Origin: Vulcanimicrobiota bacterium
Lineage (GTDB): Bacteria; Vulcanimicrobiota; Vulcanimicrobiia; Eremiobacterales; Eremiobacteraceae
Reading direction: 5' to 3'
Assembly (NCBI GenBank): GCA_963805945.1
Contig: CAWDVP010000002.1
Span: forward strand, 512,001 to 576,000
DNA: 64,000 nucleotides
This document shows positions 1-10,153 of this stretch, piece by piece; positions within the stretch are counted from its first letter, which is position 1; every line of letters begins with the position of its first letter. The notes below the pieces were generated by a model that made no database searches, had not been told where the DNA came from, and saw only the letters and a list, made by a program, of their open reading frames with translations. The position numbers were made by a program, and so were the translations under genes.

Positions 1-889
1 GAGTCCAACGTGACGACCGGGACGCCGACCGTCGCGTACGATTACGTCTGGTTCGGCGGGCGGCCGATCGCGCAAACCGACTCGACCGGTGTGCACTACA
101 CCGTCGCCGATCACCTCGGCACGCCGCTGCTGCAGACGGATTCATCCTCAAACGTGTATTTTAGGATGGAGCAAGAGCCCTACGGCAAGGTGTGGGCGCT
201 GCGCGCGGGCGACGTGCATCAACCGCTGCGCCTGCCGGGGCAGGAGGCCGAGCAATTCGACACGGGCGCGAACGGCCTGACCGAGCGCAGCTATAACAAC
301 TTCCGTTGGTATCGGCCGGGGTGGGGAAGGTATTCGCAGGCAGATCCGATTGGGCTTGCGGGCGGAGTCGATGTTTATGGATACGTCTCAAACAATCCGG
401 CCGCAAGGACCGATCCGAGCGGCGCGGGAGCCGCAGGAACAGTTATTGGCGGCACTCTACTGGGGACGGTGGCGGGTACGACGTGTGCCGTCGTGCTCGG
501 CGCAGGGGGAGCGGCCGGCGGCACACTCGTCGAACCTGGCGGAGGAACCTTTGCCGGTGGGGCAGGGGGTGTAGTCGTTGGAGGTCTGTTGTGCGTCGCT
601 GCCACGGTACCGGCCGGTTGCGCGGCTGGTAGTTCAGTCGAGGACCTAATAAGAGATCTCGATTAGTAGGGCTCGCGGAGGAAAGCAGAATAAAGATAAC
701 GAGTATGTCAGAGAAGCGCAGGCGCTTGCATCGCGCGGTGAGGACCCGTGCCTGTGGCTTAGAACCGCGCGAGTGCAGGCCGCCGCAGCTGGCAACAGCG
801 TTGATCTCCTCAAGATTATCACGGCCGAAAAGGTAATGGGCTGCAGGAACGTGCAAAAACGTTCTCCTGGTTCTGGAGCACTGCAATGA
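1..889 (+). CDS. Rhs protein 3' end: Rhs core plus toxin tip 1 (5' partial, frameshift at about 653-663)
   Basis: DHLGTP, PLRLPGQ, YNNFRWY, DPIGLAGG and NP..TDPSG Rhs core motifs. After TAG at 664-666 the next frame reads ISRARGGKQNKDNEY...AEKVMGCRNVQKR to TGA 887-889, which overlaps the next ATG (ATGA). Confidence 0.85.
142..169 (+). other. Putative recombination site 1 (TCATCCTCAAA-CGTGTA-TTTTAGGATGG) inside the Rhs core
   Basis: Imperfect inverted arms around a 6-bp spacer; conserved in all four Rhs copies. Confidence 0.7.
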
Positions 890-1251
890 CCTGGTACGGC
901 GCGAGCGTTGTTATTTGGATTAGAAAGAAGACGCAGAATCCCAGCGACCCCTGCCAATTCTGGGAGAACGTTATTCTTGTACAAGCGGAAACCGCTCAAG
1001 AGGCGCTGGCAAAGGCAGAGGCAAGGGGAGAGCTGGACGCTGTAAAGGACGAAACGTTTAGGGTTGACGGCGAGCCAGCCGAGCTCGAATATATAGGCGT
1101 CCGAAAGGTCATCGAGATTCGCTCTTTGGATGGTACCGACCAGCCAATTGACGGCGCCGAAATCTCTTACTCCGAGATGCTTGTTGCCAATCGCGTCGCG
1201 CTCCTCGATTTTGCGGCTGGCCAAGAGGTCGAAGTCACACACATAGAATAG
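886..1251 (+). CDS. Putative immunity protein 1, DUF4288-like
   Basis: Acidic 121 aa with WY, WENVILV.A..A.EA..KA and DGAEI pattern; translationally coupled to tip 1. Confidence 0.7.
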   Translation: MTWYGASVVIWIRKKTQNPSDPCQFWENVILVQAETAQEALAKAEARGELDAVKDETFRVDGEPAELEYIGVRKVIEIRSLDGTDQPIDGAEISYSEMLVANRVALLDFAAGQEVEVTHIE

Positions 1252-1271
1252 TCCGCGCTGGCTGGGTTCAT

Positions 1272-1474
1272 ATGCCTGCGTGCATGGGCGTGCGGCGGGC
1301 GAGGCGAACGTGCAACGCCGTGATGCGACTGACTCCCGCACCAAGGCCGCCGACGCGCTGCTTTCCGATATTTAGCCTCGGCCCGCGCCCGCGCGTGTAT
1401 CTCGGCATCGCGCCGGGAGTCGGCAAAACCCGCCGGATGGTCGAGGACGCGTTGGCGCTGCGCACGACCGGCCG
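1272..1474 (+). pseudogene. kdpD: Degenerate inverted duplicate of the kdpD 5' end and its upstream DNA
   Basis: Aligns by eye to the reverse complement of about 13345-13548 (RVYLGIAPGVGKTRRMVEDALALR vs RVYLGIAPGAGKTRRMVEDALALR), with indels. Confidence 0.85.
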
Positions 1475-2714
1475 AATCTGCAACATATACGTACACGCCG
1501 CGCAACGTGCTCTCCTCGGGCGATGGCCTGTCCTACGTCTACGACGGCTGGGGCCGGCGCGCAGTGTCCACCACCTCGACCGGCAGCCGCTATTCGTTTT
1601 ACGGCCCGGAGATGACGCTGCTTTCTGAGACCAACGTCTCCACGCAGATGATGGCCGCGGCACGGCGCGCGGCCGGCGTGCGACAAACCGTACGCCAGGG
1701 CAATTCTATTTGGCAAGCGACGCCGCAGCCGAGCGCAAGCGCGCCGACCCCGGCGCCCATGGCCACACTGGGGTCGAGCCGGCAGGCGCGGCAGACCCAG
1801 ACGCTGCACCGCGCCGGCACGATGAGTGCGATGTCCCCGACCGTCGCGTTTGACTACATCTGGTTCGGCGGACGACCCGTTGCGCAGACCGACTCGACCG
1901 GTCTCCATTACACCGTTGCCGATCATCTTGGCACGCCGCTACTGCAGACCGATGCGTCCGCAAACGTGTATTTTAGGATGGAGACCGAGCCCTAAGGCAA
2001 GGTGTGGGCGCTGCGGGCGGGCGACGTGCACCAGCCGCTACGTCTGCCAGGCCAGTGGCTGAGCAATTCGACACGGGTGCTAACGGCGCGACCGAGCGGA
2101 GCTACAACAACTTCCGTTGGTATCGGCCGGGGTGGGGTAGGTATTCGCAAGGCGATCCGATGGGCTTGGCTGGGGGGATAGATTCATATGCGTACGTTAA
2201 CGATAGTCCAAGTACCTTAGTCGACCCTCTGGGCCTTTGCAAGATTTACATGCGGTTTACTCTCCATTTCTTCTTGGGTGCGGCCTGGAACCACACATTT
2301 CTGGAAACAGTCGAGCCGACTGGGGAAACACTCTTCTTTAGAGGCGGTCCGGAGCGCTTTCCGCTCCTAGGAAACTTGGTTACGGTTCATGGTCCGCTGT
2401 TGTCAAATGCAGACATTAGGGGCGACGTGGAAACGTTCTACAGCGAGAGAGTATCAGACCGCGAAACTTACGTCCTTTTGGACGATGGCTTGCCCTGCGA
2501 TTGCTACAATGCGTCCTTCGGGATGACCCTTGGCGAGATCAATAGAGCGCATCATTCCTATAACCTGTTGGGCTTCAATAGCAACTACTCGGCGTACCGG
2601 GCCGCATATCTTGCGGGACTAAATCCACCACCACCACCTGGCTTCACGCCGGGGTGGCTACTTTACAAGCAACCGCTGCCGATAGAAATTCCACGGCTCA
2701 GTGCGCCGCACTAG
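1474..2714 (+). pseudogene. Orphan Rhs fragment plus toxin tip 2 (TAA at 1993-1995, frameshift at about 2055)
   Basis: YVYDGWGRR, DHLGTP and DPLG core motifs; the tip has NHTFL and YNLLGFNSN. Confidence 0.85.
1954..1981 (+). other. Putative recombination site 2 (GCGTCCGCAAA-CGTGTA-TTTTAGGATGG)
   Basis: Same dyad and spacer as site 1. Confidence 0.7.
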
Positions 2715-2748
2715 GGTTCTCCGCGCAACAGGGGTAAAGCCACGTCAA

Positions 2749-3162
2749 ATGCCGCGCTGGCGTCTGATTTGGGCCATTCCGATAGCGCTATTGCTCATCG
2801 CGACGATGGTTGTTTTCTGGAAGAGTCGTAATATCGAGTCTCAAATGGAGATATTGAGAAGCGACCTGCCGTTAGGGATCACGCGTGATGAAGCCTACGC
2901 GCAGATCCGGAAGCAACATCAGATAGCGTTCAACCGTGACGTAGCAACTGATTCCGGGGATTGGCCTCGCCCCGGTGCGCCACTAGTTCCGGTAGGAGAT
3001 CGAAATCCGACGGAAAAGACCGACCCTTCCCACCCCTATGTCGAAGTCCGATTTCGCCAGGATTTTATCTGTGAACGAAATGGCTATATTTCGATTCATT
3101 TCGACAGGGGCGAAAGAATAGTAAGTGTTGATACAGTTGCCCCGAGATTTACATGCCCTTAG
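2749..3162 (+). CDS. Putative immunity protein 2, membrane-anchored or exported
   Basis: N-terminal hydrophobic segment; directly after tip 2; lower GC (alternative start 2701). Confidence 0.6.
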   Translation: MPRWRLIWAIPIALLLIATMVVFWKSRNIESQMEILRSDLPLGITRDEAYAQIRKQHQIAFNRDVATDSGDWPRPGAPLVPVGDRNPTEKTDPSHPYVEVRFRQDFICERNGYISIHFDRGERIVSVDTVAPRFTCP

Positions 3163-3242
3163 CTTTGGATAGCGTGCCTGACGACTATAGTACGGGCTTT
3201 GGGTGCGTTCCGTTAAAACTATGAGTGGTGGTTTTAGGACGA

Positions 3243-3887
3243 TCAGATGAGGCCGCGGCGTAACGCGATCACCGCGGCGTGCGTCCGATCTGCCGCCGAC
3301 AATTTCTCCATGATATCCCGGATGTGCCCCTTCACCGTGCCCAAGCCGATGCTAAGCTGCTCCGCGATCTCGCTGTTGCTCGTGCCCGCCGCGATGAGCT
3401 GGAGGATCTGCGTCTCGCGCGGTGAGAGTGGCGACTCCGTGTGCGCAGCACCTGCTGCCGCAGGTCTGCCGAACGCTCGCAGCACGACGTGGGCGATGCC
3501 GGGATCGAAGTAGGCGCCGCCTGCTGCTGCCGTCTTGACGGCCTCAACGATGCGCTCCGGATCGGCAGACTTCAAACAGTAGGCATCTGCGCCGGCAGCA
3601 AGCGCGCCAATCACCTCGTCCTCCATGTCGTGCATGGTGAGGATGAGCACCTTGGTCTTGGGCAGATCGCGCCTGATGCGGCGCGTGAGCTCGATGCCGT
3701 CGAGCCCGGGCAAGCCGATATCGACGACCGCGACGTCAGGTTTGAGCCGCAGCGCCTCTTCGAGCCCCGCTTCGCCGTCGCTCGCCTCGCCCACGACTTC
3801 GAGCGACGCGATGCAGTCCAACGCGGTGCGCAGACCGGTGCGCGTCAGCGCGTGATCCTCGACGATGAGCACCTTCGTCTTAGCCAT
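3243..3887 (-). CDS. NarL/LuxR-family response regulator
   Basis: REC domain (VEDH, VVDIGLPG, LTM, K) plus LSPRE..I...IAAG.SN.EIA LuxR HTH. Confidence 0.95.
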   Translation of the reverse strand: MAKTKVLIVEDHALTRTGLRTALDCIASLEVVGEASDGEAGLEEALRLKPDVAVVDIGLPGLDGIELTRRIRRDLPKTKVLILTMHDMEDEVIGALAAGADAYCLKSADPERIVEAVKTAAAGGAYFDPGIAHVVLRAFGRPAAAGAAHTESPLSPRETQILQLIAAGTSNSEIAEQLSIGLGTVKGHIRDIMEKLSAADRTHAAVIALRRGLI

Positions 3888-5575
3888 GCGCCACTTCGGC
3901 TGAGGTCGCCAGGGGCAAGCTCATCGTGAACACGCTGCCGCGCTGCGCGCCGGGCTCATAGCCGACCGTGCCGCCGTGGCTCTCCGCGATGCGCCGCACG
4001 ATGTACAACCCTAGCCCGGTGCCGCCGCCGCGGCGCGTCGTGCCGTCGCCGTGGAAACGCTGGAAGAGCGAGGCGCGGTCCGCTTCGGGCACGCCGTAGC
4101 CGTCGTCTTCGACCGATACGAGCGCGTCGCCATTAGCCGCGCCGATGCGTACGAGGATCTTCCCGTTCTCCGGCGTCCACGTCACCGCATTGGCCACGAG
4201 GTTGATGAGCGCGCGTCGCACTTCGCTCTCGTCGACGAGCGCAAACACACCCTCTCCCTCGACGCGGCAGTCGATGTGCTTGGAGGTCCACAGGGATTCA
4301 AGCTCGGCAACGACCGAGCGTGCGAGCTTGCCGAGATCGGTCGGCCGGCGTTGCGTGGACTCTTCGCTTGATTCGTAGCGCGCCACGAGCAGCAGGGTCT
4401 GTGCGAGGCGTTCGAGCTCTTCGTTCGAGCCGATCGAGCGGCGCAGCACCTCGACATATTCAGGCGGTAGCTTGCCGTACGCGCCGGAGACCGCTTGGCG
4501 CATAGTCATGCCCGCCGCCATGAGCGGCGTGCGCAGGTCGTGGGAGAGCGCGTAGACGATGTCGCGGATGACCTGGTTGCGCTCCACCAGCTCCGCGTTG
4601 ACGCTTTGCACTTGATCGTTCGTCGAGGCAAGCGCTTCGAAGAGTTTCGCCTGCTCGATCGCGCGCGCGCCTTGGTCGGCGAACGCCCGTGTCACGTTCT
4701 CCAATTCGGGGATCCGATTCGCGGTCGCGATCCCGCCACTCGAGCAGCAGCACGGCGAAGACGTCTGAACCGGAGCCGAATGGCGCGATGAGCGCTGCGC
4801 GCGCGCCGATGTTGCCGAGAGTGAACCGCGCCAGCGCGTCAGCTTGGCTCAAGAAGAAGATGTTTCGATCGTCGACCGCGCGCTGTAGCGCCGTCCAGAC
4901 GCCGGGATCGGGCCGCCGCTCGGACATCTCGACGTCGTCCGAGCCGCGCGTGACGTGGAACGACACGCCGGTCGGCCGGCCCGCTTCGACCGGGAACAAG
5001 GTCGCCGCGTCGCCATCGAGCGCTTCGATGGCCTGGCGCGTCACCGCGCGCCACACCAGTTCGGGGCTGAGCGACTCGCGCATGCGCTCGCCGGCCTTGC
5101 GCAGCGCGTTGGCGCGCTTTGCAGTGAGCTCTCGCGCGGCCGACTCGCCCGCGAGCCTCGCCGCGCCTTGCGTGGCGACCGCGAGCCCGCCGACGAGGAT
5201 GGCGGAAAACGCGGCCAACACGCGGTCAGCGGTCGCGATCGGATCGTAGTGTCCCTCATGCACGCCGTTGTACCAACCCGCCACCACGTTCGCGATCAAG
5301 CTGAGGATGACGATGCCCCAGGTCAACCGGCGGTTGAGGGCCAGTGCGGTGAGCGCAACGGGGGCGTCGAGGAGGATCGCCGCGACGAACAGCTGTGGCG
5401 TGAACATGTCGATGAGCCACGCGGCGAGCACGAGGCCGATGCACAGGTAGGGGATCCAGGAACGAGGCACGTCCCTGCATTTCTGTGGGCGTTCCACCCA
5501 TCCCCACGTCCGAACGGATGAGCCGTTCGGAGGATGGCCGCCACGAGCGGGGCGTGCTAGGATGCTTGTGGACAT
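3880..5575 (-). CDS. Membrane sensor histidine kinase (TM-GAF-HisKA-HATPase), frameshift at about 4705
   Basis: About four TM helices, a GAF-like region, SHDLRTPL H-box, NLVANA, EDDGYG and GTGLGL. Confidence 0.9.
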
Positions 5576-5596
5576 TTTCTCGGAGGGGCGACCAAC

Positions 5597-5680
5597 GTGC
5601 TTGAAATCATCCTCATCGTATTGACTCTGGTGATCTTCTACGCGTTCGACCGCTACACGGTCGGCCTGGAGCGCCTCTGA
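5597..5680 (+). CDS. 27-aa hydrophobic peptide upstream of kdpF
   Basis: GTG start after GGAGG; MLEIILIVLTLVIFYAFDRYTVGLERL; its stop overlaps the kdpF ATG. Confidence 0.65.
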   Translation: MLEIILIVLTLVIFYAFDRYTVGLERL

Positions 5681-5766
5681 TGGCCGACCAGATCATCGGC
5701 CTCGTGCTCGCGCTGCTCGGCCTGTGGTACCTCGCGTACGCCATGCTGCGGCCCGAGAAATTCTAA
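5680..5766 (+). CDS. kdpF: K+-transporting ATPase subunit F
   Basis: MADQIIGLVLALLGLWYLAYAMLRPEKF, with the typical YL.YA...PEKF ending. Confidence 0.9.
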   Translation: MADQIIGLVLALLGLWYLAYAMLRPEKF

Positions 5767-5776
5767 GGACAGAGAC

Positions 5777-7479
5777 ATGAACATCTACGGCTGGCTGCAG
5801 GCGCTCGTCTTCTTCGCGCTCGTGCTCGCTGCCACGCGACCGCTCGGCGCGTACATGGCCCGCGTGTTCGAGGGCGAGAAGACCCTCCTTACCCCGGTGT
5901 TCGCGCCGATCGAACGGCTCATCTATCGCGTCTGCCGCGTGGATGTGGCCGCGGAGATGTCCGCGGGTTCGTATCTGCTCGCGACGCTGGCCTTCAGCCT
6001 CGTCGGCTTGGCCTATCTCTACGCGCTGCTGCGCACGCAGAAGTGGCTGCCGCTCAACCCGCAGCACTTCGACAATCTCGCGCCCGACAACGCCTGGAAC
6101 GTCGCGGTCAGCTTCATGACCAACACGAACTGGCAGTTCTACTCCGGCGAGAGCACGATGAGCTACCTCTCGCAGATGGCCGGGCTGCCTGGCATAACTT
6201 CGTGTCGGCCGCGGTGGGCATCGCGATCGCCATCGCGGTCGATCCGCGGCGTGTGCCGCACGGATAAGAAGACGGTCGGCAACTTCTGGGTCGACCTGAC
6301 GCGCGCCGCGCTCTACATCTTAGTGCCGATCAGCGTCGTCGGCTGCCTGCTGCTCGTCTGGCAAGGCGTGCCGCAGAACTTCCATGCGTATCAGGACGTC
6401 GCGTCGATCGAAGGCTTCAAGCAGACGATCACCGGCGGGCCGATGGCCTCGCAAGAGGTCATCAAGGAGCTCGGCACCAACGGCGGCGGCTTCGTCAACG
6501 CGAACTCCGCGTCGCCGAACGAGAACCCGACGGCGTTCAGCAACCTGCTCGAGATGTTCTTCATCTTCCTGATCGGCGCCGGCCTGACGTACACGTACGG
6601 CCGCTTCGCCAAGGATCAGCGCCAAGGCTGGGCGCTCTTCGTCGCGATGGCGCTGCTCTTCGCCGGCGGTTTCGCGGTCGCGTATGCCGCCGAATCCGCC
6701 GGCAATCCGATCGTGCACGCGTTGGGCGTCGCGGGCGGCAACATGGAGGGCAAGGAGTGCCGCTTCGGCGTCGCCGCGTCGTCGCTGTTCGCCACCGTCA
6801 CCACCGACACGTCGTGCGGCGCGGTCAACTCGATGCACGACTCGTTCACGCCGCTCGGCGGCCTCGTGCCGCTGGTCAACATGCAGCTCGGCGAGATCGT
6901 CTTCGGCGGCGTCGGCACGGGGCTGTACGGCATGATCGTGTTCGTCGTGCTCACCGTGTTCATCGCCGGCCTGATGGTCGGGCGCACGCCCGAGTTCCTC
7001 GGCAAGAAGATCGAGCGCAATGAGGTGCAGCTCGCGATCCTCGGCGCGCTCGTGCTGCCGGTGTTCGCGCTCATCCCGACCGCGATTTCGGTGCTCGTGC
7101 CGGCCGGAACCGCGACGCTGGGCAACGCCGGCGCCGCACGGCTTCTCGGAAATGCTCTACGGCTTCACCTCGACCACTGAGAACAACGGCAGCGCGTTCG
7201 CCGGCCTCGGCGGCAACACGTACTTCAACATCCTGATGGGCGTCGTGATGCTCTGCGGACGCTTCTTGTTCCTCATCCCGGCGGTGCTGCTGGCGGGTTC
7301 GCTCGCCGGCAAGCCGCGCACGCCGGAGACGACCGGCACGTTCCAGACGCACTCGCCGATCTTCGTCGGCCTGCTTGCTCGGCGTCATCATCATCGTCGG
7401 CGCGCTGACGTTCTTCCCGGCCGACGCGCTCGGCCCGATCGTCGAACATCTCCAAATGCTGCAAGGAAAGAGCTTCTGA
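5777..7479 (+). CDS. kdpA: K+-transporting ATPase subunit A (several indels)
   Basis: [36 protein letters not shown] and NNGSAFAG. Confidence 0.95.
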
Positions 7480-9531
7480 TGATCTCCGAGCGACGGCTGG
7501 AGCGCCGGCCCAAAGCGCGCTCGCTCTTCGACCGCGCGATCCTTTCGCGCGCGCTGGTCGATTCGTTCCGCAAGCTCGATCCGCGCTGGCAGTTCCGCAA
7601 CCCGGTCATGTTCGTGTGCGAGATCGGCGCGCTGGTGACGCTGGGATTCTTCTTCCGCGACCTGCGCGTGCACGGCCCGGCGGGCTTCGATTTCGCGATC
7701 TCCATCTGGCTGTGGTTCACGGTCCTCTTCGCGAACTTCGCCGAAGCCGTCGCCGAGGGGCGCGGCAAGGCGCAAGCCGATTTCCTGCGGCGCACCAAGA
7801 CCGACACCAAAGCGCGTCGCATGGTCGCACGGCCGCGAGGAGACTGGTCAGCTCGACCGAGCTGCGCAAAGGCGATGTCGTCCGCGTCAACGCCGGCGAG
7901 CTCATCGCCGCCGACGGCGACGTCGTCGAGGGCGCCGCGACCGTCGACGAATCCGCCATCACCGGCGAATCCGCACCGGTCATCCGCGAAGCGGGCGGCG
8001 ACCGCAGCTCGGTGACCGGCGGCACGCGCGTGCTCTCCGATTCGATCCTCATCCAGGTGACCGCCAATCCGGGCGAGGCGTTCCTCGACCGCATGATCGC
8101 GCTCGTCGAAGGCGCGAAGCGCCAGAAGACCCCGAACGAGATCGCGCTCTCGATCCTGCTCTCCGGCCTCACCATCATCTTCTTGATCGCGGTCGCGACG
8201 CTGGCGCCGTACTCGCTCTACGCGGGCTCACCGCAGTCGGTGACCGTGCTCATCGCGCTGCTCGTCTGCCTGATCCCGACGACGATCGGCGGGCTGCTCT
8301 CGGCGATCGGCATCGCCGGCATGGATCGCGTGCTGCAGCGCAACGTGCTCGCGATGAGCGGCCGCGCGGTCGAAGCCGCGGGCGACGTCGACACGCTGCT
8401 GCTCGACAAGACCGGCACCATCACGCTCGGCAACCGCCAGGCGAGCGAGATCGTGCTCGCGCCGGGCGTCAACATCAAAGATGCCGCGCGCGCGGCGTAC
8501 CTCTCCTCGCTCTCCGACGAGACGCCGGAAGGCCGCTCGATCGTCGTGCTGGCCGAGCAATACGGCGCCACGCTCGAGGGCAAGCCCTCCGAGGCGACGT
8601 TCGTGCCGTTCAGCGCCTACACGCGCATGAGCGGCGTCGACGTGGCCGACGGGCCGGCCGTGCGCAAGGGCGCGCCCGATGCCGATGCGCGCCTGGGCGC
8701 GCGAGCGCGGCGGTGACGAGCGGCGACGTGCTCGCGCCAGACGTCGAGCGCATCGCGCGCTCCGGCGGCACGCCGCTGCTGCTCGCGCAGGACGGCAAAG
8801 TGCTCGCCGCGATCCACCTCAAAGACATCCTCAAGCCCGACATGCGCAGCGCTTCGACCGGCTGCGCGCGATGGGCATCCGCACGATCATGATCACCGGC
8901 GACAACCCGCTCACCGCGGGCGCGATCGCACGCGAGGCGGGCGTCGACGATTTCCTCGCCGAGGCCACGCCCGAGACGAAGATGGCGCTCATCAGGCGCG
9001 AGCAGGAGAGCGGCCGGCTCGTCGCCATGACCGGCGACGGCACCAACGACGCGCCTGCGCTCGCGCAAGCCGACGTCGGCGTCGCCATGAACTCCGGCAC
9101 CCAGGCGGCCAAAGAAGCCGCCAACATGGTCGACCTCGATTCGGATCCGACCAAACTCATCGAGATCGTCGAGATCGGCAAGCAGCTGCTCATGACGCGC
9201 GGCGCGCTCACCACCTTCTCGATCGCCAACGACGTCGCGAAGTACTTCGCGATCCTGCCGGCGATGTTCGCCGCCGCCTACCCGGTGATGGGCGCGCTCA
9301 ACGTGATGCAGCTCAACGCCGCAGAGCGCGATCCTCTCGGCGGTCATCTTCAACGCGCTCATCATCATCGCGCTGATCCCGCTCGCGCTGCGCGGCGTCG
9401 CATACCGGCCGCGCGGCGCGAACATCGTGCTGCGCGACAACGTGCTATGCTACGGCTTCGGCGGCGTCATCGTGCCGTTCGTCGGCATCAAGGCGATCGA
9501 CATGATCCTCGCCGCGCTCCACCTCAGTTAA
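7479..9531 (+). CDS. kdpB: K+-transporting ATPase subunit B (several indels)
   Basis: [29 protein letters not shown] and [10 protein letters not shown]. Confidence 0.95.
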
Positions 9532-9544
9532 GGACAATACGATC

Positions 9545-10144
9545 ATGAATGCGCCCGTCGTCAAAGACTCAACCGCCAGCCACCTGGTCACCGCCACGGC
9601 GTACACCGTGCTCAGCGTCGTGCTGCTCGGGCTCGTCTATCCCGCCGTGATGACGGTGATCGCGCAGCTGCTCTTCCACAACCAGGCCAACGGCTCGCTG
9701 GTGTACGTCGAGGGCAAACCGGTGGCGTCGGCGATCATCGGCCAGCAGTGGACCAAGCCGCAGTATTTCCACGGGCGTCCGTCTGCCGCGGGCAAGGGCT
9801 ACGATCCGACCTCGACCGGCGGCACCAACCTCGCGCCGACGTCGAAGAAGCTCATCGACGCGACCAAAGCGACGATCGCCGCGCTGCGCAAAGAGAATCC
9901 CCATGCCAACGGGCCGATCCCGATGGACCTCGTGACCTCGAGCGCGAGCGGCATCGATCCCGACATCAGCCCTGAGGGCGCGTACTATCAGGCGCCGCGC
10001 ATCGCGGCCGCGCGCGGCATGACGGTGGCTGCGGTGGAGGCCGTCATCGACAAACACGTGGTGTCGCGCACGCTGGGCGTGCTGGGCGAACCCCACGTCA
10101 ACGTCTTGGAACTCAATCTGGCGCTCGACGCCGGAAAGCGATAG
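9545..10144 (+). CDS. kdpC: K+-transporting ATPase subunit C
   Basis: [23 protein letters not shown] and [11 protein letters not shown]. Confidence 0.95.
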   Translation: MNAPVVKDSTASHLVTATAYTVLSVVLLGLVYPAVMTVIAQLLFHNQANGSLVYVEGKPVASAIIGQQWTKPQYFHGRPSAAGKGYDPTSTGGTNLAPTSKKLIDATKATIAALRKENPHANGPIPMDLVTSSASGIDPDISPEGAYYQAPRIAAARGMTVAAVEAVIDKHVVSRTLGVLGEPHVNVLELNLALDAGKR

Positions 10145-10153
10145 TAAGAAACC

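Noticed and set aside
3215..3242. TTTTAGGAC after immunity 2, resembling one arm of the dyad site
   Set aside because: The spacer and other arm do not match; at most a half-site and plausibly chance
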